64,000 nt of DNA, taken from the NCBI GenBank assembly GCA_963698925.1, contig CAVOSR010000001.1, positions 384,096 through 448,095 on the forward strand, given 5' to 3'. The notes below the pieces were generated by a model, which saw only the letters and a list, made by a program, of their open reading frames with translations, searched no databases and was not told the origin of the DNA. The position numbers and the translations under genes were made by a program. Of this stretch, positions 19,587 to 29,926 are shown in pieces (position 1 is the first letter of the stretch; every line of letters starts with the position of its first letter). This DNA is from an uncultured Actinomycetes bacterium (GTDB taxonomy: Bacteria > Actinomycetota > Thermoleophilia > Gaiellales > Gaiellaceae).

Positions 19587-19907
19587 ATGATGAGATCGCG
19601 TGTCGCGGTCGGAGCTTGTGCAGCTGCATTGGCAGCTCTCGGCGCCGGCGCCGCGCTTGCCGGTGAATCCACCGGGAACGGCAGGTACATCAACGGCTCC
19701 GACGCGGCGCCGCTGCACGGCAAGTCGGCGTGTGCGTACTCGGGCCAGAACCCCGAGGGGCTGCTCTCGCCGACCGACCCGAACTACGAGCCCGGCCGGG
19801 CGCAGTCGTGGGGACTGATCCCGCAGGCTGATCGGGCGTTTCTGACGTCGATCGGCCTCAACCCGGGTATCGCCTGCAACCCGACCAAGGCGACCGGCGA
19901 AGAGTAG
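19587..19907 (+). CDS. Small secreted hypothetical protein
   Basis: The in-frame ATG at 19587 is preceded by GAAGGAAGGGGAG. There is a signal peptide MMRSRVAVGACAAALAALGAGAALAG. The product is 106 aa with 3 Cys and no family I recognise. Confidence 0.55.
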   Translation: MMRSRVAVGACAAALAALGAGAALAGESTGNGRYINGSDAAPLHGKSACAYSGQNPEGLLSPTDPNYEPGRAQSWGLIPQADRAFLTSIGLNPGIACNPTKATGEE

Positions 19908-19976
19908 AACGATCACGTCGCGACCACGGCCGATCCCGCCGAGCCTCGGCCGGGATCGGCCGCCGTCCGACGGTAG

Positions 19977-20047
19977 AGGCGCCTAGCGGATTCGAACCGC
20001 TGTAAACGGCTTTGCAGGCCGCTGCCTAACCACTCGGCCAAGGCGCC
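19977..20047 (-). tRNA. tRNA-Cys (GCA)
   Basis: The reverse complement folds as a cloverleaf: acceptor GGCGCCT/AGGCGCC, anticodon loop CUGCAAA and T-arm AGCGG-TTCGAAT-CCGCT. There is no encoded CCA. Confidence 0.9.
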
Positions 20048-20091
20048 GCGCGGGCCGCATCGTACCCGCCCGCTCCGGGTACCTCCTGGCC

Positions 20092-20724
20092 GTGCCCCGG
20101 CCGAACCCGTATCCGACGGCGGCAGCGTTCATGCCGGAGCGGCTCTCGATGACGGCGCTCCGACGGCGGCGGCGGCAGAGTGCCGCGGCTGCCCGCTCTA
20201 CGCGGACGCGACCCAGACGGTCTTCGGCGAGGGCACGCTGACGTCGGAGGTGATGCTCGTCGGCGAGCAGCCCGGCGACCAGGAGGATCTCGCCGGCGCC
20301 CCGTTCGTCGGCCCTGCCGGAAAGCTGCTCGACCGCGCACTCGACGAGGCCGGCATCGACCGCGACGACGACCTACGTCACGAACGCGGTCAAGCACTTC
20401 AAGTGGAAGGCGCGCGGCCCGCGCCGGATCCACGACAAGCCGAGCTGGACCGAGACGACGGCATGCCGGCCTTGGCTCGACGCCGAGCTCGCGCTGGTCA
20501 AGCCGCGGGCGCTCGTCCTGCTCGGCGCGACGGCCGCCCAGAGCCTGCTCGGGCGCGCACTTCAAGGTGACACAGAACCGCGGACGGCCGCTCGACTCGG
20601 AGCTCGCCGAGCTCGTGACGGCGACGATCCACCCGAGCGCCGTCCTGCGCTCGGACGACCGGGAGGCGATGTTCGCCGGCCTCGTCGACGACCTGAGGCT
20701 CGTCGCCGAGCTTTGCGCTCCTGA
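20092..20724 (+). pseudogene. Uracil-DNA glycosylase family 4-like, about three frameshifts
   Basis: The blocks [56 protein letters not shown] and TIHPSAVLR occur in successive frames. One shift lies in the CGG repeat near 20165, with others near 20375 and 20715. The start GTG at 20092 is tentative. Confidence 0.65.
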
Positions 20725-20749
20725 ATACGCCGTATACAGTCGCAGCACC

Positions 20750-22004
20750 GTGTCGCTGCAAGAACGGAGCTCGACCGAGCGGGTCCAGGAAGGCCGCGAG
20801 CGCTACGTCGCGCGTGGCGTCTCGACGCCCCCGCTCGTCGTCGCCCGCGCCGAGGGCGCCCGCGTCTGGGACGCCGAGGGCCGCGAGTACGTCGACTTCG
20901 CCGGCGGGCTCGGCTGCGCCAACCTCGGCCACTCCCTGCCGGCGGTCGCGAGGCGATCCACGCGCAGGTCGACGAGTACCTCCACCAGTGCTTCATGGTC
21001 GGGATGTACGAGCCGTACGTCGAGGTCTGCCGCCGCCTCGCCGAGCTCTCGCCCTGCCGCGGCGAGCGGAACCAGAAGTCCATCCTGCTGAACACCGGCG
21101 CGGAGGCGGTCGAGAACGCCGTCAAGATCGCGCGGGTCGCGACGGGCCGGCCCGGCGGTCGTCGTCTTCGACAACGCCTTCCACGGCCGCACGCTCCTCT
21201 CGATGACGATGACCTCGAAGGTCGTCCCGTACAAGCAGGGCTTCGGCCCGTTCGCGCCCGAGGTCTACCGCACGCCCGCGCCGTACCCGTTCCGCGGCGT
21301 CAGCGAGGACGACGCGATCGCCGCGCTGAAGCACCTCTTCAAGGGCGACGTCGACCCGCAGTCGGTCGCGTGCGCGGTGCTCGAGCCGGTGCAGGGCGAG
21401 GGCGGCTTCATCCCGATGACGCCCGACTTCCCGAAGCGCCTCCAGGAGCTGCTCGACGAGCACGGCATCCTCTACGTCGACGACGAGGTGCAGTCGGGCT
21501 GCGGCCGCACCGGCCCGGTCTGGGCGATCGAGCACTGGGGCGTCGAGCCCGACCTGCTCGTCTCCGGCAAGACGCTCGGCGGCGGCCTGCCGCTCGCGGC
21601 GGTCACCGGCCGCGCCGAGATGATGGACGCCGTTCCCGCCGGCGGGCTCGGCGGCACGTTCGGCGGCAACCCGGTCTCGTGCGCGGCGGCGATCGCGACG
21701 CTCGACGCGCTGCGCCGACGCCCGGCCGCGCGCGGAGGCGATCGGCGAGCGCCTGCGCGCCCGGCTCGAGGCGATGGCGCCGCCCGGCTCCGAGGTGCGC
21801 GGGCTCGGCCCGATGCTCGCGCTCGAGCTGCCGGAGCAGAGCGGCGACGAGACGACGCGCATCACGCGCGAAGCGCGCGAGCAGGGGCTCCTGCTCCTCT
21901 CGTGCGGGATCTACGGGAACGTGATCCGCATCCTCGTGCCGTTCAGCGTCACGGACGAGGAGCTCGAGCGCGGCCTCGACATCCTCGAGAGCTGCCTTGG
22001 CTGA
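20750..22004 (+). pseudogene. gabT: 4-aminobutyrate--2-oxoglutarate transaminase, three frameshifts
   Basis: The class-III aminotransferase blocks are [72 protein letters not shown] and GGTFGGNP. Frame changes are near 20945, 21155 and 21715. Confidence 0.85.
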
Positions 22005-22989
22005 GGTCGCGGTCGAGGGGGCACGCAAGACCTACGGGGACGTGGTCGCGGTCGACAACGTCGACCTGCACGTCGCCGACGGCGAGTTCTTCACGCTGCT
22101 CGGCCCGTCGGGCTCGGGCAAGACGACGACGCTGCGCATGATCGCCGGCTTCGAGCAGCCGGACGCCGGCCGGATCACGCTCGGCGGCGAGGACATCACG
22201 CGACGTCCGCCGTACGAGCGCGACGTGAACACCGTCTTCCAGGACTACGCGCTCTTCCCGCACATGACGGTCGCCGACAACGTCGGCTACGGGCTGAGGG
22301 TGAAGGGCGTCCCACGCGGCACACGGCGCTCGCAGGTCGAGCAGGTGCTGCGGATGGTGCGCCTCGATGGGTACGGCGGCCGCAAGCCGGTGCAGCTCTC
22401 CGGCGGCCAGCGACAGCGCGTCGCGCTCGCGCGCTCGATCGTCAACCAGCCCAAGGTGCTGCTGCTCGACGAGCCGCTCGGCGCGCTCGACCTGAAGCTG
22501 CGCCAGGAGATGCAGGTCTTCCTGAAGGCGCTGCAGCAGGACCTCGGCATGACCTTCCTCTACGTCACGCACGACCAGGAGGAGGCGCTGACGATGAGCG
22601 ACCACGTCGCGGTCTTCAACGAGGGCCGCATCGAGCAGGTCGGCGCGCCCGAGGAGATCTACGAGCGTCCCGCGACCGAGTTCGTCGCCGGCTTCGTCGG
22701 CACGTCGAACATCCTCGAGCGCGACGGGCGGCGCTTCAGCGTCCGGCCGGAGCGGATCCAGCTGAACGGCCACGGCGAGCCTGGAACGATCGTCGACGCG
22801 GTCTTCGTCGGCTCGTTCACGCGCTACCTCGTCGACACGAGCCACGGCGAGCGGCTGACGGTCGTGCGTCAGAGCGACGGCACCACGATCGAGCCCGGCA
22901 CCGCGGTGCGGCTCGGCTGGCGCGACGAGGACGCCTACGAGATTCAAGTCCAACCCCCCGAACAACCACTCGAGCAGGAGGCAAGATGA
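21997..22989 (+). CDS. Polyamine-type ABC transporter ATP-binding protein (PotA-like)
   Basis: Intact 330-aa ORF with Walker A GPSGSGKTT, signature LSGGQRQR and Walker B LLLDEP, plus a C-terminal TOBE-like tail. Confidence 0.9.
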   Translation: MAEVAVEGARKTYGDVVAVDNVDLHVADGEFFTLLGPSGSGKTTTLRMIAGFEQPDAGRITLGGEDITRRPPYERDVNTVFQDYALFPHMTVADNVGYGLRVKGVPRGTRRSQVEQVLRMVRLDGYGGRKPVQLSGGQRQRVALARSIVNQPKVLLLDEPLGALDLKLRQEMQVFLKALQQDLGMTFLYVTHDQEEALTMSDHVAVFNEGRIEQVGAPEEIYERPATEFVAGFVGTSNILERDGRRFSVRPERIQLNGHGEPGTIVDAVFVGSFTRYLVDTSHGERLTVVRQSDGTTIEPGTAVRLGWRDEDAYEIQVQPPEQPLEQEAR

Positions 22990-24101
22990 CGAAGCGCATG
23001 TGGGCGCTGGTCGCGATGCTGGCAGTCGGACTCGCGCTCCCCGCGGCCGGCGTGTCGAAGCAAAGCGGCGGCACGCTCAACATGATCGCCTGGGAGGGCT
23101 ACACACAGCCCCAGTGGGTGAAGCCGTTCCAGAAGCAGAGCGGCTGCACGGTCAAGGCGAAGTACGCCGGTTCCTCGGACGAGATGGTGACGCTGATGCG
23201 CACCGGCGGCGGCGGCCAGTACGACATGGTCTCCGCTTCCGGCGACGCGTCACTGCGGCTGATCTACGGCAAGGACGTCCAGCCGGTCGACGTCTCGAAG
23301 ATCCCCGACTTCAAGAACTTCGGCCCGGCCTTCAAGTCGCCGCCGAACAACACGATCGACGGGAAGCACTACGGCGTCTCGCTGCAGTGGGGGCCGAACA
23401 CCCTCCTCTACAACACGAAGAAGGTGAAGCCGGCTCCGACGTCGTGGGCTGCGCTCTACGACTCGAAGTACAAGGGCAAGGTGACGGTTCCCGACAACCC
23501 GATCCAGATCGCTGACGCGGCGCTGTACCTGATGAAGACGCAGCCGTCGCTCGGCATCAAGGATCCGTACGAGCTGAACAAGACCCAGTTCGCCGCGGCG
23601 ATCTCGCTGTTGAAGAAGCAGAAGCCGCTGGTCAAGAAGTACTGGGCGCTCGCGTCGGAGGAGATCGACCTGTTCAAGAACGGCGACGCCGTGATCGGCG
23701 CGTCGTGGCCGTACCAGACCAACACCCTGATCGGCGCCAAGGCGCCCGTGAAGGACATCGTGCCGAAGGAAGGCGCGACGGGCTGGCTCGACACCTGGAT
23801 GGTCTCGTCGAAGACGAAGAACATGGACTGCGCCATGAAGTGGCTGGCGTGGATCTCCACGCCGAAGGTGCAGGCCCAGCAGGCGATCTACTTCGGGGAG
23901 ACCCCGGTCAACTCGAAGTCGTGCGCGATCATGGACAAGCTGTCCAAGGGCTCGTGCGCGCAGTACCACGCCAACGCTCCGCTCAAGTACTTCAAGCAGA
24001 TCCACTTCTGGAAGACGCCGATCGCCGACTGCGGCAACGGCAAGAAGGACTGCATGGACTACACGAAGTGGCAGCAGGCCTGGACCCAGCTCAAGGGCTA
24101 G
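22986..24101 (+). CDS. Polyamine-type ABC transporter substrate-binding protein (PotD/PotF-like)
   Basis: Intact 371-aa ORF with a signal or anchor (MTKRMWALVAMLAVGLALPAAG). It has a 4-nt overlap with the ATPase gene and PotD-like blocks (NMIAWEGY, YDMVSASGD). Confidence 0.85.
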   Translation: MTKRMWALVAMLAVGLALPAAGVSKQSGGTLNMIAWEGYTQPQWVKPFQKQSGCTVKAKYAGSSDEMVTLMRTGGGGQYDMVSASGDASLRLIYGKDVQPVDVSKIPDFKNFGPAFKSPPNNTIDGKHYGVSLQWGPNTLLYNTKKVKPAPTSWAALYDSKYKGKVTVPDNPIQIADAALYLMKTQPSLGIKDPYELNKTQFAAAISLLKKQKPLVKKYWALASEEIDLFKNGDAVIGASWPYQTNTLIGAKAPVKDIVPKEGATGWLDTWMVSSKTKNMDCAMKWLAWISTPKVQAQQAIYFGETPVNSKSCAIMDKLSKGSCAQYHANAPLKYFKQIHFWKTPIADCGNGKKDCMDYTKWQQAWTQLKG

Positions 24102-24127
24102 GAGCGCCGGCCGGAGCGCGTCGCCGA

Positions 24128-24993
24128 TCAGTCGGCGGCGCGCTCTGGCGCCGGCCGTGGCTGAAGGGGCTGTCGCTCCTCGCACCGCCGGTCGGGGCGT
24201 TCCTGCTCGTCTACATCGCGGCGCTCGTCGCGCTGTTCGTGACGTCCTTCTGGACGGTCGACTCGTTCACGTCGCAAACCGTCCACACCTGGACGCTCGA
24301 CAACTTCCGCACGCTCTGGAACGAGCCGACCTACCGCAACGTCGCGTTGCGCACGATCGGGATCGCCGCCGCCGTCACGCTCACCGACGCGATCATCGCG
24401 TTCCCGTTCGCCTACTTCATGGCCCGGCTCGCATCGCCGCGCATGCGGGCTGTGCTGTTCGTGCTCGTGCTGCTGCCGCTCTGGGCGTCGTACCTCGCGC
24501 GCGTCTACTCGTGGAAGCTGATCCTCAGCTCGAACGGCGTGCTCAACTGGTCGCTGCACAAGCTCGGCCTGCCGGCGCCGAACCTCGCGTACACGAACAC
24601 CGGCGATCTGGATCGTCTTCTCGTACGTCTGGCTGCCGTTCATGATCCTGCCGGTCTACGCCGCGCTCGAGCGCATCCCCCACTCCTACATCGAGGCCTC
24701 GCGCGATCTCGGCGCGAAGGGCTCGCGCACGCTGCGATCGGTGATCCTGCCGCTCGCGCTGCCGGGCATCGTCGCCGGCTCGATCTTCACGTTCTCGCTC
24801 ACGCTCGGCGACTACATCACCCCGCTGCTGATCGGCGGCGCGGGCGGCCAGTTCATCGGCAACGTCGTCGCCGACTCGGCCCTGCGCGGCGGGCAACCTG
24901 CCGTTCGCGGCCGCCTACGCCATCGTGCCCGTCGCGGTGATGGGCGTGTACCTGCTGATCGCGCGCCGCCTCGGCGCGTTCGAGGCCCTCTAG
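24128..24993 (+). pseudogene. ABC transporter permease (PotB-like), two frameshifts, start not resolved
   Basis: The blocks LLAPPVGAFLLVYIAALV.., then MILPVYAALERIPHSYIEASRDLGA (EAA loop), then NLPFAAAYAIVPVAVMGVYLLIARRLGAFEAL end at the TAG at 24991. Frame changes are near 24605 and 24890. There is no canonical in-frame start near 24128. Confidence 0.75.
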
Positions 24994-25792
24994 ATGGAGA
25001 GCCGCGGGACACGGATCGCGCTCGGCGTCTGGGTCGTCGCTCGTGCTCGCGTTCCTCTACGTGCCGATCGTGATCATCTGCCTCTACGCGTTCAACTCGT
25101 CGAACGTGCAGAGCTGGCCGATCGCGGGCTTCTCGACGAAGTGGTTCGGCCCCGCGATCCACAACGCCGACATGCAGCAGGCGCTCTGGCTCTCGCTGAA
25201 GGCGGCGACGCTCGCGACCGCGATCGCGCTCGTGCTCGGCTCGGCCGCGTCGTTCGGCGTGCACCGGTTCCGCTTCTTCGGCCGCGAGGCGGTCTCGTTC
25301 CTGCTCGTGCTGCCGATCGCGCTGCCGGGGATCATCACCGGCATGGCGCTCAACTCGTACTTCACCTACTGGCAGTTCAACTTCGGCCTCTGGACGATCG
25401 TGATCGCGCACGCGACCTTCTGCGTGGTCGTCGTCTACAACAACGTGATCGCACGGCTGCGCCGCGTGCCCGGCTCGCTCACCGAGGCGTCGATGGATCT
25501 CGGCGCCGACGGCTTCCAGACCTTCCGCTACGTCACGTTCCCGTCGATCTCGACGGCGCTGATCTCGGGCGGGCTGCTCGCGTTCGCGCTCTCGTTCGAC
25601 GAGGTGATCGTGACCACGTTCACGGCCGGCGCGAACAACACGCTGCCGATCTGGATCTTCGGCCAGATCCGGCTCGGGCAGGAGCTCCCGCAGGTGAACG
25701 TCGTCGTCTTCCTGGTCGTGCTCGCAACGATCATCCCCGTCGCGCTCGCGCAGCGACTCACCCGCGAGAGCGGGATCCTGCGCACGGAATAG
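24994..25792 (+). pseudogene. ABC transporter permease (PotC-like), one frameshift near the 5' end
   Basis: The ATG at 24994 (MESRGTRIALGVWVV) is followed by a shift near 25040 into ORF 25043..25792 (LAFLYVPIVII.., EAA loop LTEASMDLGADGFQTFRYV). Confidence 0.8.
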
Positions 25793-25803
25793 GAGGCCAG
25801 ACG

Positions 25804-27186
25804 ATGGCAACGGCAACACTCGACGTGCTCAACCCCGCGACGGGCGACTCGATCGCGAACGTGCCGAACATGTCGGCGGACGAGGTCGACGAGGCGGTCG
25901 ACCGCGCGCAGGCGGCGCTGCCCGAGTGGCTCGACGCGACGCCGGGCGAGCGCGCGGAGCTGCTGCTCAAGCTCGCGGACGTGATCTCCGACAACGCCGA
26001 GGAGCTCGCGCAGATCGAGTCGCGGAACGTCGGCAAGCCGCTGATGGTCTCGCGCGACGAGATGCCGTTCTCGGCCGACAACCTGCGCTTCTTCGCGGGA
26101 GCGGCGCGCAACCTCGAGGGCAAGAGCGCCGGCGAGTACATCAAGGGCTACACGTCGATGATCCGGCGCGAGCCGATCGGGATCGTCGCGGGCATCTGCC
26201 CGTGGAACTACCCGCTGATGATGGCGATCTGGAAGCTCGGCCCCGCGCTCGCCGCCGGCAACGTGCAGATCCTCAAGCCGGCCGAGCAGACGCCGCTCTC
26301 GCTGCTGCGCTTCATGGAGCTCGCGAAGGACGTGATCCCCGAGGGCGTGCTGCAGGTCGTGACCGGCGACGGCGTGCCGACCGGGCAGCGGCTCGTCGAG
26401 CATCCGGACATCGGGCTCGTCTCGCTGACCGGCGACGTCGCGACGGGCAAGCTGATCGCGAAGAACGCCGCCGACACGCTGAAGCGCGTGCACCTCGAGC
26501 TGGGCGGCAAGGCGCCGATGGTCGTGTTCGACGACGCCGATCCCGAGGCGGTTGCCGAGGGGATCAAGATCGCCGGCTACTGGAACTCCGGCCAGGACTG
26601 CACCGCCGGCTCGCGGATCATCGCCGGGCCGAAGATCTACGACGCGCTGCTCGAGGCGCTCGTGCCGGCGATCGAGTCGCTGAAGGTGGGCGACCCGGCC
26701 GACGGCGACGACATCGAGATGGGACCGGTCATCTCACGCGACCAGCAGGAGCGCGTGCTCGGCTTCCTCGACCGGGCGAAGGGCGCGACGGTGCTGACCG
26801 GCGGCGCGGCCGAGGGCGAGCGCGGCTGGTTCGTGAAGCCGACGATCGTCACGGATGTGGCGCAGGACGACGAGATCGTGCAGGACGAGGTCTTCGGCCC
26901 GGTCGTGACGGTGCAGAAGTTCGCCGACGACGCACAGGCGATCGAGTGGGCGAACGGCGTCCGCTACGGGCTCGCCGCGTCGGTCTGGACGCGCGACATC
27001 GGACGGGCGCTGAACGCGGCGCGCAGGCTCCAGTTCGGGACGGTGTGGATCAACGACCACCTCGTGCCGATCACGTCGGAGATGCCGCACGGCGGCTACA
27101 AGAGCTCCGGCTACGGCAAGGACATGTCGGCGTACTCGATGGAGGAGTACACGCAGATCAAGCACGTGGTCGCGAAGTTCGACTGA
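25804..27186 (+). CDS. NAD-dependent aldehyde dehydrogenase, gamma-aminobutyraldehyde dehydrogenase-like
   Basis: Intact 460-aa product from the in-frame ATG at 25804. The motifs are ICPWNYPL, LELGGKAP (catalytic Glu), GQDCTAGSR (catalytic Cys) and EVFGPV. It sits next to polyamine transporter and gabT genes. Confidence 0.9.
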   Translation: MATATLDVLNPATGDSIANVPNMSADEVDEAVDRAQAALPEWLDATPGERAELLLKLADVISDNAEELAQIESRNVGKPLMVSRDEMPFSADNLRFFAGAARNLEGKSAGEYIKGYTSMIRREPIGIVAGICPWNYPLMMAIWKLGPALAAGNVQILKPAEQTPLSLLRFMELAKDVIPEGVLQVVTGDGVPTGQRLVEHPDIGLVSLTGDVATGKLIAKNAADTLKRVHLELGGKAPMVVFDDADPEAVAEGIKIAGYWNSGQDCTAGSRIIAGPKIYDALLEALVPAIESLKVGDPADGDDIEMGPVISRDQQERVLGFLDRAKGATVLTGGAAEGERGWFVKPTIVTDVAQDDEIVQDEVFGPVVTVQKFADDAQAIEWANGVRYGLAASVWTRDIGRALNAARRLQFGTVWINDHLVPITSEMPHGGYKSSGYGKDMSAYSMEEYTQIKHVVAKFD

Positions 27187-27370
27187 CCGTGCGAGCTGGT
27201 CGAGCCGGAACGAAGGGAGCGAGATCACGCGGGCACAGCTCGTGTCGAGACCGGTTGCCGTGCCGCGCTGGACGAAGCGGTCGATCAGCACGGAACGCAG
27301 CCGAGACCCGCGATCCCGAACCGCAGATCGAGAGCGACGAACTCACGCACAGGCGCGGCGGCCTGTGGGC

Positions 27371-28274
27371 TCAGAGGGCGCGCAGCTCGGCGAGCTGGCG
27401 CGCCGACGGCTCCCAGTCGCCAGCAGCGGCGTTCGCGCGCACCTGCTCGGGCTTCGTGGCGCCCGCGATCACCGAGGCGACCGGCGAGACCGCAGCAAGA
27501 CCGCCGATCGCGACCTCGAGCAGCGAGACGCCGTGCGCCTCGGCCCAGGCGCGGTAGCGCTCGACACGGTCGAGGTCGGCCTCGTCGATCTCGCTGCCGT
27601 GCAGCCGCGTGCCCTTCGGCGGGCGGGCGGTCGCGCGAGACCTTGCCGGTGAGGAGCCCACTCGCGAGCGGGAAGTACGGGATGAAGCCGAGACCGAGCG
27701 CGCTCGCACGTCGGGAGCAGCTCCGCCTCGGCGTCGCGGGCGAGCCACGAGTACTCGCTCTGCTCCGAGACGTACGGCACCTCGAAGTCCTTGGCGATCA
27801 GCGCCGCCTGCTCGAGCATGTCCGGCTCGTAGTTCGAGGTGCCGACGGCGCGGATCTTGCCCTCGTCGACGAGCTCCTTCGAGCGCGCCGAACGTCTCCT
27901 CGAGCGGGGTCTGCTTGTCCTCCTGGTGGTGCTGGTAGAGGTCGACGTGGTCGGTCTGGAGGCGGCTGAGCGACGCGTCGAGGGCGCTGCGGACGAACCC
28001 GCGCGCACCGTGCTGCTGATCGTCCGTCGAGCATCGCGCCCCACTTCGTCGCGAGCACGACCTGGTCGCGGCGGCCCAGCAGCACCTCGCCGAGGATCGT
28101 CTCGCTGCCGCCCCGGTTGCCGTAGACGTCGGCCGTGTCGAAGAAGGTCACTCCCACCTCGAGCGCGGCGTCCACGACCGCCTTCGTCCCGGCCGCGTCG
28201 ACCCGCCGGCCGAAGTTGTTGCACCCGAGCCCCACGACGGAGACCTCGAGCGGCCCGAGCTGGCGCGTCCGCAT
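27371..28274 (-). pseudogene. Aldo/keto reductase, at least four frameshifts
   Basis: The blocks MRTRQLGPLEVSVVGLGCNNFG..FFDTADVYG, HVDLYQHH, GKIRAVGTSNY and VIAGATKPEQV are spread over three frames. Confidence 0.75.
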
Positions 28275-28319
28275 GCCGCCACGCTACTGGCGCGAGCCCC
28301 GGCTGCGCCGGTTCGAACA

Positions 28320-28440
28320 GGTCCCAGGGACAGTCCCCGGAGCAGGTCCAAGGCAGGCATGTTCCAGGGACAGTCCCTGGAACAAGTCCAGAACAGCCGC
28401 GTCTCGGGGACAGTCCCCGGGACACGGCGGTTCGCGCCCT
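28320..28440. repeat. Three degenerate tandem units with a 40-nt period, each carrying the palindrome GGGACAGTCCC
   Basis: GGGACAGTCCC occurs at 28327, 28367 and 28407. The inter-core segments are related (GGAGCAGGTCCAAGGCAGGC versus GGAACAAGTCCAGAACAGCC). The array lies between two minus-strand genes. Confidence 0.8.
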
Positions 28441-28442
28441 GT

Positions 28443-29412
28443 TCAGGCGCGCCAGGTGGCGTCGAGCACGCGCAGCCAGTTGCCGTGGGTGATCTTCGCC
28501 ACGGCGTCCTCGTCATAGCCGGCGTCCCGCAACGCGTCGACGAGCTTCGGCAGGCCCGCGGCGCCGCCGAGCGCGTCCGGGACGACGGCGCCGTCGAAGT
28601 CCGAGCCGAACGCCACGTGGTCGATCCCCATCCGCTCGGCGTAGTGATCGATGTGCCGGACGATCTCCGTCAGCGGTGTGTCGGGCACCTCGAGACCCGT
28701 CCTCGCGCAGGAACGTGACCGCGAAGTTGACGCCCACGACCCCGCCGGAGTCGCGGATCGCGTCGAGCTGCTCGTCCGTCAGGTTGCGGGACGCCGGACA
28801 GAGCGCGTGGGCGTTCGAGTGCGTCGCGACGAGCGGCGCGTCCGAGAGCCGGGCGACGTCCCAGAACCCCGCCCAGTTGAGGTGCGAGAGGTCGACGAGG
28901 ATCCCGAGCCGGTTGCACGCTGCAACCAGCTCGCGGCCGGCGCTCGTCAGCCCGCCGCCCACATCGGACGACGACGGGAAGCGGAACGGCACACCCTCGG
29001 CGAAGTCGTTCGACCGCGACCACGTCGGCCCGATCGAGCGCAGACCCCGCTCGTACCACGACTCGAGGTTCGAGAGGTCGCGCGCGATCGGCTCGGCCCC
29101 CTCCATGTGGACGATCGCGGTCACCACCCCCTCGCGAAAGTCGCGCGCCGAGGTCGCCCGCCCGACCGGCAGCGCGCACAACGCCGCGAACAGCTCCTCG
29201 GCGATGCGCGCCGCCTCGTCCTGCGGGATCGGGTCGGGCAGCGGGATCGCGTACGGGATCTCCGTCGGGTCGGGGAAGCGCGGCGACGGCACGTAGAGGG
29301 CGAAGAAGCCGCCCGCGAACCCCGCCTTCCGCGCAGCCTCCAGATCCATGTGCATCGTCGGCTCGCCGCGCCACCGGTGCAGCACGAGGTCGTTGTGGCC
29401 GTCGACGATCAC
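28443..29412 (-). pseudogene. Membrane dipeptidase (peptidase M19), one frameshift
   Basis: ORF 28513..29412 reads MIVDGHNDLV..LVDLSHL..VATHSNA. It continues in ORF 28443..28688 (IVRHIDHYAERMGIDHVAFGSDFDG). Frameshift near 28695. Confidence 0.8.
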
Positions 29413-29453
29413 TGCCGCATCCTACGGACGACTGTGGCAGGCTCCCGCGCACG

Positions 29454-29861
29454 ATGACCGAGATGCCGCTCCGCATCATCATCTGCGAGGACGACCAGAA
29501 GCTCGCGGCCCTCGTGGAGCAGATCCTCGACGAGGACGGGCGCTTCATCGTGGTCGGACGGGCCGAGAACGGTGACGACGCCGTACGGCTCGTCGCGGAG
29601 CTCTCGCCCGACGTCGTGCTGATGGACATCGGGATGCCGGTCCGCGACGGGATCGACGCGACGCGCGAGATCCACCAGCGCGACTCCGGCCAGCACGTTG
29701 TCATCTACACCGGCTCGGGCGAGTACCGCGACATCGCGCGCGCCGACGAGGCGGGCGCCGCCGGCTTCCTGCACAAGGATGCACTGACCTCGCCCGATCT
29801 GGCCGACGCCCTGCACGTGCTGCACACGAACTACATCAGCCGCGCCGACACGGACGACTGA
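29454..29861 (+). CDS. Single-domain response regulator (CheY-like receiver)
   Basis: Intact 135-aa ORF with acidic pocket EDD, phospho-acceptor LMDIGMP, and no output domain. Confidence 0.8.
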   Translation: MTEMPLRIIICEDDQKLAALVEQILDEDGRFIVVGRAENGDDAVRLVAELSPDVVLMDIGMPVRDGIDATREIHQRDSGQHVVIYTGSGEYRDIARADEAGAAGFLHKDALTSPDLADALHVLHTNYISRADTDD

Positions 29862-29926
29862 CCCGGACGGATCGGCAGAGGGGCCGACCTCTTCGGCGGC
29901 CGGCCCTCTCGAAACGCGTCCGAGCG

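Noticed and set aside
20092-22004. A single fused UDG-aminotransferase protein, since ORF 20180..21091 runs through both
   Set aside because: The continuity is created by frame breaks. A TGA in the UDG N-terminal frame at about 20722 and a GTG at 20750 preceded by an AT-containing spacer (TACAGT) fit two separate genes.
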